A stretch of DNA of 64,000 nucleotides from Alphaproteobacteria bacterium (GTDB lineage Bacteria; Pseudomonadota; Alphaproteobacteria; CAAHEQ01; UBA3637), in assembly GCA_045632845.1 (NCBI GenBank), contig JAZQXL010000012.1:13816-77815 (forward strand), written 5' to 3'. Below, piece by piece: positions 35,731 to 50,000 of this stretch. Within the stretch, counting starts at the first letter, position 1; each line of letters begins with the position of its first letter. Under the pieces are notes generated by a model. It was given only the letters and a program-made list of their open reading frames with translations. It made no database searches and was not told the origin of the DNA. The translations under genes were made by a program, and so were the position numbers.

Positions 35731-37022
35731 TTTTTTTCTTCTTTAAAAATCAAATATCTCAATAAGACAAGTGCAGGAACCATCAAGCAGCCTGTGAAAA
35801 CAAAAAAAGTATACCACCCCATTTTTTCTGCCCAAACGCCACTATAAACAGAAATAACACTTACTGCCAACATCATCAAGCTAGTCAAAAGTGCATATTG
35901 TGTTGCCGAATATTTTTTGGAACATAAGCCAGATAAAAACGCAACAAAAACAGCGCCACCCATACCCCCAACAACATTATCAAATAAAATTACAATTAAA
36001 AACATAAATGTAGAATTTGGAAAAAATGAAAAAACACCAAAAACAAGTGATGTTAAAATTTCAACAAAACCCAATGCCATCAATAATTTTAAAATTTGGT
36101 AACGCATTACCAAAACACCGCCTAATGCAACACCTGTCAAGGTTATCCATGGGCCAATCGTTCCCGAAATAAGAGCAATTTCAGCTTTTGAAAAACCAAG
36201 ATCTCGATAAAAAGGAAGTGCCATTCTCCCCAAAACAGCATTACACAATTTATACAATACAATAAAAATCAAAATCCATGCCCAATTATTTTTTTGCATA
36301 AAATCTTGAAAAGGAGAAACAATCATATCATACCAAAAACGGTTGTTTTTTCCTGGTTCAAGCAACTGTTTTTCTTCTCTTACAAAAAGAGTGCTCATCA
36401 AACCACCAAACAACAAAATACAAACCAAAATATATGATTCTTGCCATCCCACAATAGCAGACAAAGCCACCACTCCAGCGCCAGCAATTAACATACCCAT
36501 CCGATATCCGAATTGGTACATACCAGCCCCTTCGCCAAATTCTTCTTTTTTGAGTGTATCAATTCTTAAAGCATCAACAACAATATCTTGACTGGCAGCA
36601 AAAAATGCAACCAAAAATGCAAATAAATATGTTTGAAGAGGGATTAAAATTTCACCTTTTTCTGTTGCGGCTAAATATGTCCATGTGTTTTTGTCTGGCG
36701 AAAATAAAGATAAACCAAATACACTTAAAATCAGCCCAATTTGAAAAATGAACAACCAAGATTTTTTGGGACCAATTACCTTGGCCAAATATGGTAATTT
36801 AATTTTGTCAATTAAAGGAGCCCAAATAAATTTGAAATTATAAGGTAATAAAACAAGTGCAAAAAAACCGATCACACTTAAAGAAATACCAACATCAGCC
36901 ATCCACAAAGAAAGGGAATAACCAATTAAACTATACGGCAACCCACATGAAAATCCTAAAAAGAAAAAAATAAAAACAGCTGGTTTTAAATACCCTTTTA
37001 AAGAATCAATCCAACTAACCAT
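35727..37022 (-). CDS. ampG: AmpG-family muropeptide permease (MFS)
   Basis: 431 aa, 12+ TM helices. N-terminal signature LGFSCGLPYSLIGYSLSLWMADVGISLSVIGFFALVLLPYNFKFIWAPLIDK is colinear with AmpG. Confidence 0.8.
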   Translation of the reverse strand: MVSWIDSLKGYLKPAVFIFFFLGFSCGLPYSLIGYSLSLWMADVGISLSVIGFFALVLLPYNFKFIWAPLIDKIKLPYLAKVIGPKKSWLFIFQIGLILSVFGLSLFSPDKNTWTYLAATEKGEILIPLQTYLFAFLVAFFAASQDIVVDALRIDTLKKEEFGEGAGMYQFGYRMGMLIAGAGVVALSAIVGWQESYILVCILLFGGLMSTLFVREEKQLLEPGKNNRFWYDMIVSPFQDFMQKNNWAWILIFIVLYKLCNAVLGRMALPFYRDLGFSKAEIALISGTIGPWITLTGVALGGVLVMRYQILKLLMALGFVEILTSLVFGVFSFFPNSTFMFLIVILFDNVVGGMGGAVFVAFLSGLCSKKYSATQYALLTSLMMLAVSVISVYSGVWAEKMGWYTFFVFTGCLMVPALVLLRYLIFKEEKK

Positions 37023-37079
37023 ATCTTTCTCCGAATAACAGGCAAGAACAGAATAACTGTTCTTGCCTGTTTTAAGTTA

Positions 37080-38903
37080 TTAATCTTCTTTTCTACGTTC
37101 GTATTTGCGTCTTTCATTACTATCCAAGTATTTCTTACGCAAACGAATGTTTTGTGGTGTTACTTCAACAAGTTCATCATCTTCAATATATGAAAGAGCA
37201 ACTTCCAAACTCATCACGCGTGGTGGATAAAGAAGAACGTTATCATCTTTTCCTGCAGCACGCATATTTGTTAACTTTTTACCTTTAATTGGGTTTACTT
37301 CAATATCTCCAGGTTTAGCATTTGCACCAATAATCATCCCCGCATAAACAGTCACCCCTGCTGGGATAAACAAAGGTCCACGTTCTTGGATGTTAAAGAG
37401 GGCATATGGAACAGCCTTTCCTTGTTCTGTTGAAATGAGAACACCATTTCTGCGTCCCGTGATTTGACCTTTATATGGAGCATAACTATGGAACAATCTG
37501 TTCATAACACCAGTACCACATGTATCTGTCAAAAACTCACTGTAATAACCGATTAAACCTCTAGATGGGGCAATAAATGTTAATCTTGTTTTACCGCCAC
37601 CACTTGGATACATTTCTGTCATTTCACCTTTACGAAGACTCATTTTTTCAACAACAACACCTGTATAAGCATCGTCAACGTCGATAACAACTTCTTCCAT
37701 TGGTTCTAATTTTTTGCCATCTTCATCTTCTTTAAACACAACACGTGGACGAGAAACTGAAAGTTCATATCCTTCACGACGCATTGTTTCAATCAACACA
37801 CCTAATTGCAACTCACCACGACCAGCAACTTCAAAAGCATCAGTTGTATCTGTTCTTGAAACACGCAAAGCAATATTTCCTTCTGCTTCTTTGCACAATC
37901 TATCCCAAATCATACGAGAGGTAACTTTATCTCCTTCAGTACCAGCCAAAGGTGATGTGTTAATTGAGAATGTCATTGCAAGTGTTGGCGGATCAATTGG
38001 TTCTGCTTGAATTGGTTCTGAAACTGAAGCATCACAAAGTGTATCAGACACAGTTGCATCTGTCATACCTGCAATGCTAACAATATCACCTGCAACACCT
38101 TCATCAATTGGTTGACGTTTTAAACCTCTAAATGCCAAAATTTTAGAAGCTCTTGCTGTTTCAACAGGCTTTCCTTCACGTGTAATTGCTTTGATCATTT
38201 GGTTTGTTTTGATTTTACCAGATAAAATTCTACCTGTTAAAATTCTACCAACAAAAGGATCAGCTTCTAATGTTGTAACCAACATTTTAAATGGACCAGT
38301 TTCATCACAAGCAGGTGCTGGAACATGTTCCACAATTTTATTAAACAATGGCATAATATCTTTGCGTTCATCTGCCAAATCATTGACTGCCCAACCTTCT
38401 CTACCTGAAGCAAACAATGTTGGGAAATCTAATTGTTCCTCTGTTGCACCAAGGTTGTCAAAAAGATCAAAAACTTCATTATGAACTTCTTCAGGTCTTG
38501 CATCAGCTCTATCAATTTTGTTAATCACAACAATTGGTCTTAAACCCAACTTTAATGCTTTTGATAAAACAAACTTTGTTTGAGGCAAAGGACCTTCAGC
38601 TGAATCAACAAGCAAAATGACACCGTCAACCATTGACAAAATACGTTCAACTTCACCACCAAAATCCGCGTGACCTGGTGTGTCAACAATGTTAATACGA
38701 ATATTATTCCATTCAACAGATGTACATTTTGCAAAAATAGTAATCCCACGTTCTCTTTCAAGATCATTTGAATCCATTGCGCATGTTACAACTTGTTGAT
38801 TTTCGCGATATGCACCGCTTTGTTTTAAAAACGCGTCAACAAAAGTTGTTTTACCATGGTCAACGTGTGCAATAATTGCAATATTTCTCATTTCTTGTGT
38901 CAT
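37080..38903 (-). CDS. typA: translational GTPase TypA/BipA
   Basis: 607 aa. GTPase G1 [10 protein letters not shown]3 DTPGHADF and an EF-G-like domain order. Hairpin terminator at 37030-37070. Confidence 0.9.
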   Translation of the reverse strand: MTQEMRNIAIIAHVDHGKTTFVDAFLKQSGAYRENQQVVTCAMDSNDLERERGITIFAKCTSVEWNNIRINIVDTPGHADFGGEVERILSMVDGVILLVDSAEGPLPQTKFVLSKALKLGLRPIVVINKIDRADARPEEVHNEVFDLFDNLGATEEQLDFPTLFASGREGWAVNDLADERKDIMPLFNKIVEHVPAPACDETGPFKMLVTTLEADPFVGRILTGRILSGKIKTNQMIKAITREGKPVETARASKILAFRGLKRQPIDEGVAGDIVSIAGMTDATVSDTLCDASVSEPIQAEPIDPPTLAMTFSINTSPLAGTEGDKVTSRMIWDRLCKEAEGNIALRVSRTDTTDAFEVAGRGELQLGVLIETMRREGYELSVSRPRVVFKEDEDGKKLEPMEEVVIDVDDAYTGVVVEKMSLRKGEMTEMYPSGGGKTRLTFIAPSRGLIGYYSEFLTDTCGTGVMNRLFHSYAPYKGQITGRRNGVLISTEQGKAVPYALFNIQERGPLFIPAGVTVYAGMIIGANAKPGDIEVNPIKGKKLTNMRAAGKDDNVLLYPPRVMSLEVALSYIEDDELVEVTPQNIRLRKKYLDSNERRKYERRKED

Positions 38904-39038
38904 TTTTTTGCCTCTTTATAAAGATAAAAAACCAATCATTCTTTTTTAATTAAAAGAACAACTGATTATTTCTGTCATAATTATTTCAATTTAATGAAAG
39001 GATTATACTCTTTTTTTTAAAAAAAGTCTAGTTAAAAA

Positions 39039-39608
39039 TCACTTACGAATAAATTGTATTTTCCCATCAGGCAAAACAAGAACTATTTGTGATGGCTTGT
39101 GCGTAATATTACCCTCAAAAAAAGTTGGAACAAGATAATCCATTTTTTCTTTTATTTCAGGAGAAACATCTTCATAATAAAGAGGTGTTTTTTCTCCTGA
39201 TACATTTGCGGAAGTTGAAACCAATGGTTTTTTAAAAGCTTTTAATAATTTTAAACAAAATTCATGTTTGGGAATTCGAAAAGCGCCAGATCCATTTTGA
39301 TTTACAACACCTGTAGGTAAATTTTCAACCACGGGAAAAACAACTGTTTGAGGCTCTTTTGCATTTATTAATAGATTAAATAATTCTGTTGATTTATTAG
39401 GCACAAAATCCACCAATCGATCCACCGAATCAATTAATACAATAACACTTTTATCTTCCATTCGCTGTTTGATTTTAAACAACCTTTGAACAGCATCTTT
39501 ATTCAAAGCATCACACCCAATCCCCCAAACCGTGTCAGTGGGATATAAAATAATTGCACCCTCATTTAACAATTGGACTATTTTTTGAATTTCTTGTTCT
39601 TCTTGCAT
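39039..39608 (-). CDS. tsaC: L-threonylcarbamoyladenylate synthase (YrdC/TsaC family)
   Basis: 189 aa with the YrdC signature YPTDTVWGIGCDA and a downstream ...SANVSG... segment. Confidence 0.8.
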   Translation of the reverse strand: MQEEQEIQKIVQLLNEGAIILYPTDTVWGIGCDALNKDAVQRLFKIKQRMEDKSVIVLIDSVDRLVDFVPNKSTELFNLLINAKEPQTVVFPVVENLPTGVVNQNGSGAFRIPKHEFCLKLLKAFKKPLVSTSANVSGEKTPLYYEDVSPEIKEKMDYLVPTFFEGNITHKPSQIVLVLPDGKIQFIRK

Positions 39609-39611
39609 AGA

Positions 39612-40082
39612 TTATTTACTTCGATATTTACCCTTTAAACAAAAGGAATCCAAAATATGCCCAGCCATTTTTGTTTTCAACTCATCCAAAGAAAACCCTG
39701 TTTCAACATCCAATTCTGCATCTAATGCAAAAACAGTTAAATCATAAATATGATCTCTATCAGGTGGTGCCATACCACCATAAAGAGGTTCATTCCAACT
39801 GTTGTTCCCTTGAACAAATTCAGCATTAATATTTGAAGATTCACCTGCAACAACATGATCTTGTTTTAAGTTTGCAATAAGCCAATGCACCCACACAAAA
39901 CCACAAACAGGCACAGAATCTTTATCATCTAAAACAACAGCAAAAGAAACTGTTTCTTTTGGATAATCTGAAATTTCAAATGGCAGTGAAAAACTTGGCA
40001 TATTCGAAATAAAGTCTTTTCCAAATTTGCCATATTTATCTTGAATAATCCCCTTTTCAATACCTATACTTGTTACTTTCAT
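39612..40082 (-). CDS. YbhB/YbcL-family phosphatidylethanolamine-binding protein (PEBP)
   Basis: 156 aa. PEBP motifs HWLIANL and YGGMAPPDRDHIYDLTVFALD. Confidence 0.7.
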   Translation of the reverse strand: MKVTSIGIEKGIIQDKYGKFGKDFISNMPSFSLPFEISDYPKETVSFAVVLDDKDSVPVCGFVWVHWLIANLKQDHVVAGESSNINAEFVQGNNSWNEPLYGGMAPPDRDHIYDLTVFALDAELDVETGFSLDELKTKMAGHILDSFCLKGKYRSK

Positions 40083-40093
40083 TTTATATCTCC

Positions 40094-40942
40094 TTAATCG
40101 TTTAATTCACGTTGTAGATATTTTAAATGAGAATCTGTTATAACTTTATCAATAACAGATTTAACAAAAAGATCAATTTCTGTATCCTCACGATAATCGG
40201 CAGAAGCAATAATATCTGCACGTTCAATTCCCAACATACTTTTGACTTTTTTCTTATTTTGTTTTTGATAAACAGCGATTGTATGGCCACCTTCTCTTTT
40301 AACTGTTTTCATAGATGGAATATCCGTATCTCCATCGCCAATATAAATCATATTTTCAAAAGGAATAGGTTTATCTTCATCATCCATATGAGCATTTAAA
40401 CTTGCATCATCACTCACATCTAAACAGCCTTTGTTAATACGATATAAAAATTGAGTTTTATTTGTATAATTTACAACCAAAGCTGGCCACAAAGCCTGCC
40501 CTCTTTTATCATACATAAAACTTGAAGCAAAAACCTCCTTAAAAAAAGGAGCAATTTTTGTGCCCTCAACCATTTCTTTCAACCCTGAAGAAATAATATA
40601 ATGCTCTAAAACAACACCTTTTCTTTTGGCATATTCATTCATTCTTAAAAACCACTGTTCCACACCTGGGAATAACTTTACCTTTGCAGCATAATCTGTT
40701 AAATCTTGTTTGGTGAAAGACAAATTTCTCTGTGCTGCCTCTTCTTTCATTTGATACATGTAGGCTAAAATATTATCAACTTTTTGTGTTTTTGCTAATG
40801 AATTGCTTTTTTTCCAAAACATGTCTGGTGTCATATTTAACTTTTCAATAAACCCATACTCTTGCATATTTCCAGGAGCCAATGTGCCATCAAAATCATA
40901 ACAAATTGCCATTTTAATTGTATACGGACGTTTTTCAATCAT
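40094..40942 (-). CDS. HAD-superfamily hydrolase
   Basis: 282 aa. Motif I DFDGTL and motif IV GDGDTD. Confidence 0.65.
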   Translation of the reverse strand: MIEKRPYTIKMAICYDFDGTLAPGNMQEYGFIEKLNMTPDMFWKKSNSLAKTQKVDNILAYMYQMKEEAAQRNLSFTKQDLTDYAAKVKLFPGVEQWFLRMNEYAKRKGVVLEHYIISSGLKEMVEGTKIAPFFKEVFASSFMYDKRGQALWPALVVNYTNKTQFLYRINKGCLDVSDDASLNAHMDDEDKPIPFENMIYIGDGDTDIPSMKTVKREGGHTIAVYQKQNKKKVKSMLGIERADIIASADYREDTEIDLFVKSVIDKVITDSHLKYLQRELND

Positions 40943-41051
40943 AGTTACCTCTTTTCATATAATTATATGACAGTATATGAAAATAAATAAAAAATTGCAA
41001 GCAGCAACAAAAAAGCTCCCAAGAAGATCTTGAGAGCTTTTTTGTTTTTTA

Positions 41052-44000
41052 TTAGAAGTTTTGTTTTAACTTCATCATACCACCATGTTCTTGATAGGAT
41101 TTTCTAAATGATCCCAAGTATTCAACAGAAAGGGTAGTAAGATCTCCAAGTTCTGCATCAATACCCAAATTGACATTTGTGCTAAATCTATCAAGTGCAT
41201 TTCCTTCTGCGGTATACACAGCACCATTAGAAAGTGTATTAATTGAACCCGTATCATCTGAAATAATATCATATCCAAACATTACACCTGCTGTTGGTCT
41301 GATATAAAGCCCGTGAACTGTTTTGTACGGAGCACGAATATCAATTCCTGCCATTGCAGTCATATAGCGATAAGTGTTGTTATCAATATGTGTATCTAAT
41401 GAATCAACATATGCTTCTTGGTTGATATCCATATATTTCAAACCAAGCTTTGGTGTGATAATTAAGTCACGGCAGCTAAAGTCATATCCTGCCATTGCTT
41501 GAACAGCAAAAGTATCCACATTATACATCCCATCAGATGCTGTTGAAAGAATGTTTTTTGACTCCTCATATTGTGAACGAGAATAACTGACAACACCTTC
41601 GACAAACCATTTGTTTGGTTGATATCTTGCAAAAGCAAAACCTGTGTTTGTTTGTGCTGTTGTATCACGACCAGATTGAGCAATATCTGCATACCCATAT
41701 GCATAACCAACACCCACAGTTAATGTATCTGTAATTTGTTTTTGAATACCAGCCACAAAACCTGTTTCGTTTGCTTTGAAATCACCTTTGTCATCATATT
41801 TTGCATGCCCATAAAGTGCTTTTACCCAAACTTGTGCATTTTGTGTTTCATCACCACCTGAGGTACCTTCAACTTTTGAAGATAATTTAACTTGGTCACT
41901 CACCGCATCTGTGATACCTTTAAAGTGTGATGAGGCAATTGATTGAACAACTGGAGAAACATTTCCACCTAAATTGTCAAGAGCTTTTACAGCCTTTTTA
42001 ATTAATGCTGCATTTCCAGATTGCAAATGTTCAATCAACTCTGTTTGAGCTTTGTTGAACAATTCATTTGTTCCACGCCCTTCATGCAATGCGATAATGG
42101 CAGCTGTTTGATTTTTATCAGAACCATATTGATTTGAAATTTTAGAACTATCTTTTGAAATGAATGAATATCTACCATCTTCTAAATCTAAGAAATTGAA
42201 ACCTTCATCATTATGTACTGCTGTTGGCAATGATGAAATGGCATCCATTTTAAGAACATTGTATAATCCCATTTCAAAATTTTCACCTAGGTCAAAATCA
42301 ATTTTAGAATCTTCTTCAGAAATTAAATTTGTACCTATCAATGAACCATAATCAGAACGATCATTCAACTGAACATTTAATGTTGAACCATTTTCTAATG
42401 TAATTTCTTGTGCGGTTACATCAATATTTCTGATATCAAGATTTGTATCATTTTGAACAGTTAAATTTGCAACTTCAATTGTTTTGATATCTTCACCAAA
42501 CTGCATATTATTGCTGACAAGATTATTAGATGTTGCAAAACCGTCTTTTACGTTCAATGTAGCACCATTCATGGTCAATGTACCATTACCTGTTAATGCA
42601 TTTGTAATTGAAAGATTACCTGTTGCAATCATTTGGTTGTTATTTTCAACAGAAGCAAATGTTGAATTATCAACATTTATTGTTCCTAAGTTTGAAGCAT
42701 TTTCAATCACAGAATTACCTTGAACGGTTAAAGTTCCCGTTCCTTTATTTTCAACAGTTGTAACCATTGAACCTGTTAACGTAGCATTACCAGTATTATC
42801 AAGAGAGGTGATTGTATCTTCTGTTGATGTTAAACTGTTGTTGTTTGTAACAGTACCCAACTTGGAGTTACTTGATGTTAACTTACCATCATTTGTGATT
42901 GTATCAACATTTGTAACACCTGATAATGTTGTGTTGCCATCTTGAGCATTATTAAGCGTTTTAATTGTACCACCTGTTGCTGTGAGTGTTCCGTTATTAA
43001 CAGTTAATAAACCAACTGTTGTATTAGTTAACCCTGTTGTTCCATCTTGGTTTGTCAACGTTGTGATAGAACCACCTTCTACCGTTAACGTACCACTGTT
43101 TGTAAGTGTTGCAACAGTTGTATCTGTTAACGTAGCACCACCAGTATTATCAAGTGACGTGATTGTATCTTCTGTTGATGTTAAACTGTTGTTATTTGTA
43201 ACAGTACCCAACTTAGATTTACCTGATGTTAATACACCATCATTTGTGATTGTATCAACATTTGTAACACCTGATAATTTTGTGTTACCATCTTGAGCAT
43301 TATTAAGTGTTTTGATTGTACCACCTGTTGCTGTGAGTGTTCCTTTATTAACAGTTAATGAACCAACTGTTGTATTGGTTAACCCTGTTGTTCCATCTTG
43401 GTTTGTCAACGTTGTGATAGAACCACCTTCTACCGTTAACGTACCACTGTTTGTAAGTGTTGCAACAGTTGTATTAGTTAACCCAGCACTACCAGTATTA
43501 TCAAGTGAAGTGATTGTATCTTCTGTTGATGTTAAACTGTTGTTGTTTGTAACAGTACCCAACTTAGATTTACCTGATGTTAATACACCATCATTTGTGA
43601 TTGTATCAACATTTGTAACACCTGATAATTTTGTGTTACCATCTTGAGCGTTATTAAGTGTTTCAATTGATCCACCTGTTGCTGTAACTGTTCCTTTATT
43701 CACTGTTAATGTACCAACAGTTGTATCAGTTAACCCTGCTGTTCCATCTTGGTTTGTTAAAGTTGTGATAGATCCACCCTCGGCAACAAATGTTCCTTCG
43801 TTTGTAACACCTTGCAAATTGCTGTTAGAAGATTTCATCGTTCCACTATTTGCAAGTAAAGCATTCGCATCATTGATTTGAACATTGTTTAATACCAAAC
43901 CATACTCACCACTTGTGGATAAATTATCAATAACAACTGTTGGTGCTGTGTTTGCTAAAGTGTCAATAATAACATTATCAAGAATAGCATTGCCATTTGT

Positions 44001-47000
44001 CATTGTTAAAATAGATATTGCATTTTTAATTGTTAAATCTTGAACAGTTAATTTTGTACTTGCATCTGAGACTTCAAACATACTGTGATTATTTGCATCA
44101 ATAATACTTGCACTGGCATCTCCTGCAACAGCACCAAGGATTAATTTTTCACCAATCCCTGTTGCACCCAAATCTGAAGTCATTTGATATGTTGAACCTG
44201 TTTCTCCATCAACAGACATATAGAAATTACTATTCCCTGCATATTGGTTAATATGGGTTAAAGAATTACCATCTGTCGTTTTGAATGCTTTTAATTCAAC
44301 AGTTTGCAAATCATCTGAGATAATTGCATTATATGTATAAGCATTTGTCACAGCATTAAATGATGTTGAACCTTTTAATGCATCTGCAAATGTAGCATTA
44401 CCTTGCAAAACTTGAACGGTGTAACTTGTTGATGTGCCATCATCTTTGTTTGCATCTTGATTATTAACCCCTGTTGGCACAACTTTGAAATTTGCATTTG
44501 CAACAACAAAAGCATTGTCACCAGTTACATTCAACACATCTGATTTTGCAATCACACCATTAAATCCACCATCAATAGCATTTGAAACAAGACCAATATC
44601 AACCGCTAATGTTGTATTGCTTCCTGCAACATTTTGCATATTCACAACTGAATAAATATCATCTTGCATATTGATGGTTGAATTATCAAATTGATATGTT
44701 TCACCAGCATATTCGTTTGCTGTCAACTGAACAGTTGCATTGTCAAATTTAATCAAATCTTCTACTGTTCCAGAACCCATGTCAGTCAATGTATATGTCC
44801 CATTTTTGAATGAAATCGTTGAAGTTCCAACTTCCCCATCTGACAAAACAATTTTGTTTGCATTGTGGACAACTGTTTCATCTGATGTGGTTGATTCAAA
44901 TGAAATTATACCATTTCCTGTTGCTGTTGCAGTGTATCCAATTGTATCGCCTTTTGTTTCAAGTATACCACCTGAAATTGTGTTTACTCCTTGGAAGAAG
45001 TTTTCACTATCTGCAATTGTTTTTCCACCTGTTTGATTAAATTCACCTGTGAATGTTTTTACATTTTCACTTCCAAAAGTTAAATTGCCTGAATTGTTAA
45101 TAGTGCCGGCACCCTCAATTGTTCCAGCAAAGTGAACTGCCCCAGATAAATTCATTTCACCTTGATGAGAGATATTAGAAAAAGACGTATTGTTTGCATT
45201 TAATGTTGCACCAGACAAAACATTTGTATCTCCAGTAACTGAAAGTGTATTAGCAACACCATTTAAAGAAACGCTCCCTCCATTTACATTCAAGTTTGTA
45301 AGAGCTGTATTGGTTAATTTAGCTGTTCCATCTTGGTTTGTCAATGTTGTGATAGATCCACCGTTAGCTGTTAATGCACCACTGTTTGTAAGTGTTGCAA
45401 CAGTTGTATCTGTTAACTCAGCACCACCAGTATTATCAAGTGACGTGATTGTATCTTCTGTTGATGTTAAACTGTTGTTATTTGTAACAGTGCCCAACTT
45501 AGATTTACCTGATGTTAATACACCATCATTTGTGATTGTATCAACATTTGTAACATCTGATAATTTTGTGTTACCATCTTGAGCATTATTAAGTGTTTTA
45601 ATTGTACCACCTGTTGCTGTAACTGTTCCTTTATTAACAGTTAATGAACCAACTGTTGTATCAGTTAACCCTGTTGTTCCATCTTGGTTTGTTAAAGTTG
45701 TGATAGATCCACCGTTAGCTGTTAATGCACCACTGTTTGTAAGTGTTGTAACAGTTGTATTAGTTAACTCAGCACCACCAGTATTATCAAGTGAAATAAT
45801 TGTATCTTCTGTTGATGTTAACACGCCTTTATTTGTTACAACACCAAGTGTTGAGCTATTGCTTGCTAAAGAACCACTATTTTCGACATCTTTAAATGAA
45901 ACATTGGTTGCGTTTAATTTGCCATCTGTTGCAATGGTTGTTTTTCCACCAACTGTTAAAGGGGTTGTTGTACCAATCAAACCAACTACCCCACCTGTTA
46001 CATCTAATACTCCAGATATAGTTGTATCTATTAAGGTTGTACTCCCTGCAGTGTTCAACAAAGAAGAAATTGATCCACCATTTGTTGTGAAAGACCCACT
46101 GTTTTCAACAGATGTTAATGTAGAATTTACACCATTAAATCTGCCTGAGTTTATCAAGTCTTTTAATGTGCTATTTTGAACATTCATAGCCCCTGAGTTT
46201 TCAATCAAATCTTCAGCATCTTGAATGTGAACATTTTTTAAAACAAGCCCATAAGTTGTATCATCCCCTGCAGCGTTTGACATAATTGGATTTGCAACTA
46301 AATTGCCATTCTCAAGCCCAACATTTGTTGTGTTATGAATCCAGACATTTTCAAAAGTTGTTGTACCTGCACCTTGCGCTGTTGTTAAAACAGAACTTGT
46401 ATCTGTGATTGCAACATCTTTTACCGTTAAATTTGTATCGGCATTTGATACATCAAACATCGAATAGCCATTAGCATCAATGGTACTTTTGATAATGTTC
46501 GATCCATCTGTATAACCTTGAACAAGCTTGTTTCCTGTGCCTGTTGTACCCAAAGATGAATTCATTTCATATCTTGAATCAAGATTTGTCATATAAAAAG
46601 CACTATCCCCTGTATACTGATTAACAGCTCTTAATGAATCGCCATTTGCAGCTTGAATTGCCGTTAACTCAATTGTTTGAGAATCTTTTAATCCCACATT
46701 ATATTGATAGACATCTGTTGAAACAAGAGCACTGTTTATTGGAGTGTTAAATGTGACACCTTCCAAAACCTTTTTAGAAATGCTTGTTGTTAAACCGCTA
46801 TCTAACTGAACATTGTTAATAATCTGAACTTTTGTTAAATCCAAATCAAAAGAAGATGTATTACTTGGATTTAAAACTGTGATTGTATCTGAACCCAAAG
46901 CTAATGTGCCATCTGTATTTTTTGAAAGTTTAACGTCAAATGCTAAATCTGTGTTAGAAAGGAAAAGATTATCTCCTGTAAATTGAATATTGCTTAACCC

Positions 47001-50000
47001 ATTTCCTCTCAAATCAACTGTTGTATCATTAAAACTGTATGTTTCACCAGCATATTCGTTTGCTGTCAATTGAACTGTTGCATTGTCAAACTTGATTAAA
47101 TCTTCTGCTGTTCCAGAACCCATATCAGCCAATGTATATGTCCCATTTTTGAATGAAATCGTTGAAGTTCCATTTTGCACATTTGATAAGACAATTTTGT
47201 TTGCATCGTGGACAACAGATGTATCTGAAGAAGTTGATTCAAATGAAATTGCACCACGCCCTGTAGCTGTTGCAGTATATCCAATTGTATCGCCTTTTGT
47301 TTCAAGTATACCACCTGAAATTATGTTTGATTTTTGGAAGAAGTTGTTGCTATCTGCAATTGTTTTACCATCTGTTTGGCTAAATGTACCAACATATTTT
47401 GTATTATCCGCAGCACCTAAAATCAAATTGCCAGAATTTGTGATACTTCCAGTACCAGAGACACCTCCTGTCAACTGAATATCTCCAGACAAATTTGTTT
47501 TCCCTTGTCCTGAAAGCAAACCAGTCACAATGGAATCCGTTAATGTAACTGAGCCCAGATCATTTGTTAACCCTGCTATTGAACTATCAGTTGCGGTAAA
47601 ATTCCCTGCAACAATAACATCAGAAAAAGCTGTCCTGTCAGCTGTTAAATCTGTGCCAGTTGCGACGGTTGTTTTCCCAGAAACAACTGTATCCTCTAAA
47701 GCAACATCACCCCCCGTGATTCCCAATGCTCCAGTGATTTGAGTAGAGGTCAAATCAGCTTTACCACCTGTGTTTGCTAAACTTGCAAGAGAACCACCAA
47801 GAATGGTCAAATCACCGCTGTTTGTAAGACCTTGCATTGTAGCATTTACTGCATTTAATGTACCAGCATTTTCAACGGCTGAAAGGCTTGCATTGTTTGT
47901 TGCTAAAAGTGTACCATTAGCGCCAACAGTTGTTTTACCATTGATGATGGAACCATTTAAATCAACATCGCCACCTGTAATAGCAAGAGAACCATTGACA
48001 CCAGCAGACATTAAAGTTGCTGTTCCATTCGTATTGCTCAAACTTTCTAATGTACTATCTGTTGCTGTAAAAGTTCCTGCATTTTCAACACCAGCTAAAC
48101 TTGTACCATTCGTTGCTGAAAGTTTTGCAGCTGCTCCAACAATTGTTTTGCTGATAACAACAGTATCATCCAAATTAACTGTTCCGCCTGTGGCTGTAAT
48201 TGTGTTATCAACATGTGCAGAACTTAAAGTTGCTGTTCCATTCGTATTGCTCAAACTTTCTAATGTACTATCTGTAACTGTAAAAGTTCCTGCATTTTCA
48301 ACTGTTGCAAATCTTGTGTTGTTTGTTGCCAAAAGAGTACCATCAGCTCCAACAGTCGTTTTGTCAGCAACAGTTACACCATCTAAATCAACTGTTCCAG
48401 CTGTTGCATTTAAAGTTCCATTAACTTTAGTCGATGTTAAAGCAGCTGTTCCACCACTGTTTGTTAAACTTGCAAGTGAACCCCCATTGGCTGTGAAAAT
48501 TCCTGCATTTTCAACAGCTGCAAATGTTGTATTGTTTATTGCTGAAAGGGAACCATCAGCTCCAACTGTTGTTTTTCCACCAACAGTTGCTCCGTCTAAA
48601 TCAACCGTTCCGCCTATTACATCTAAAGTACCAGTAATTGCAGCATCTGTTAAAGCAGCTGTTCCACCAGTATTTATTAAACTTGCAAGTGAACCACCAT
48701 TGACTGTAAAATCTCCTTCATTTTCAACATTTTCAAACGTTGTATTGTTTGTTGCCAAAAGAGTACCATCAGCTCCAACAGTCGTTTTGTCAGCAACAGT
48801 TACACCATCTAAATCAACCGTTCCGCCTGTTGCATTTAAAGTTCCATTAACTTTAGTCGATGTTAAATCAGCTGTTCCACCTGTATTTGTTAAATCTGTA
48901 AGTGAACCACCATTGGCTGTAAAAGTTCCCGCATTTTCAACATCTGCAAATGTTGTATTGTTTATTGCTGAAAGGGAACCATCAGCTCCAACTGTTGTTT
49001 TGTCAGCAACAGTTGCACCATCTAAATCAACCGTTCCGCCTGTTGTATTCAAAGCACCAGTAATTGCAGTATCTGTTAAAGTCCCTGTTCCACTAGTATT
49101 TGTTAAATCTGCAAGTGAACCCCCATTGGCTGTGAAAGTTCCTGCATTTTCAACACCTGCTAAACTTGTACCATTCGTTGATAAGAGTGTACCATCAGCT
49201 CCAACTGTTGTTTTTCCACCAACAGTTGTTCCGTCTAAATTAACTGTTCCAGCTGTTGCATCTAAAGGTCCATTAATTTGAGTCGATGTTAAAGTTGCTG
49301 TTCCACCACTGTTTGTTAAATCTGTAAGTAACCCCCCATTGGCTGTGAAAGTTCCTGCATTTTCAACGTCTGAAAGACTTGTGTTGCCTGTTGCTGAAAC
49401 TTTACCATTGGCACCAACAGTTGTTTTTCCATCAACAGTTGTACCATGTAAACTAACAGCTCCGCCTGTTACATCTAAAGCACCAGTAATTGTAGCATCT
49501 GTTAAACTTGCTGTTCCACCTATATTTGTTAAATCTGTAAGTGAACCACCAGTAACACCAAGCCCCCCCCATTCATTTAAAACATGTTGCATTACAGTAT
49601 TTGTTGCCGTTAAGTTTCCACTATACGATAAATTCGTATCTCCAGAAATTTCAACATCAGTCAAATTTGTAAGACCCAAACCTTGAACGTTTAAAGCACC
49701 AAGAGTCCCTCCTTGAATGGTTAAAGAACCACCATTTATAACATTTTGCATTGCAACATCAACTGCATTTAATGCTGCGCCAAAACCAACTGTTGTTTTA
49801 TCAGCAACAGTTGCACCATCTAAACTAACAGTTCCCCCTGTTACATCTAAAGCACCAGTAATTGTAGCCTCTGTTAAAGTCCCTGTTCCACTAGTGTTTG
49901 TTAAATCTGTAAGTGAACCACCATTGGCTGTGAAAGTTCCTGCATTTTCAACATCTGCAAATGTTGTATTGTTTGTTGCTGAAAGGGAACCTGATGTTCC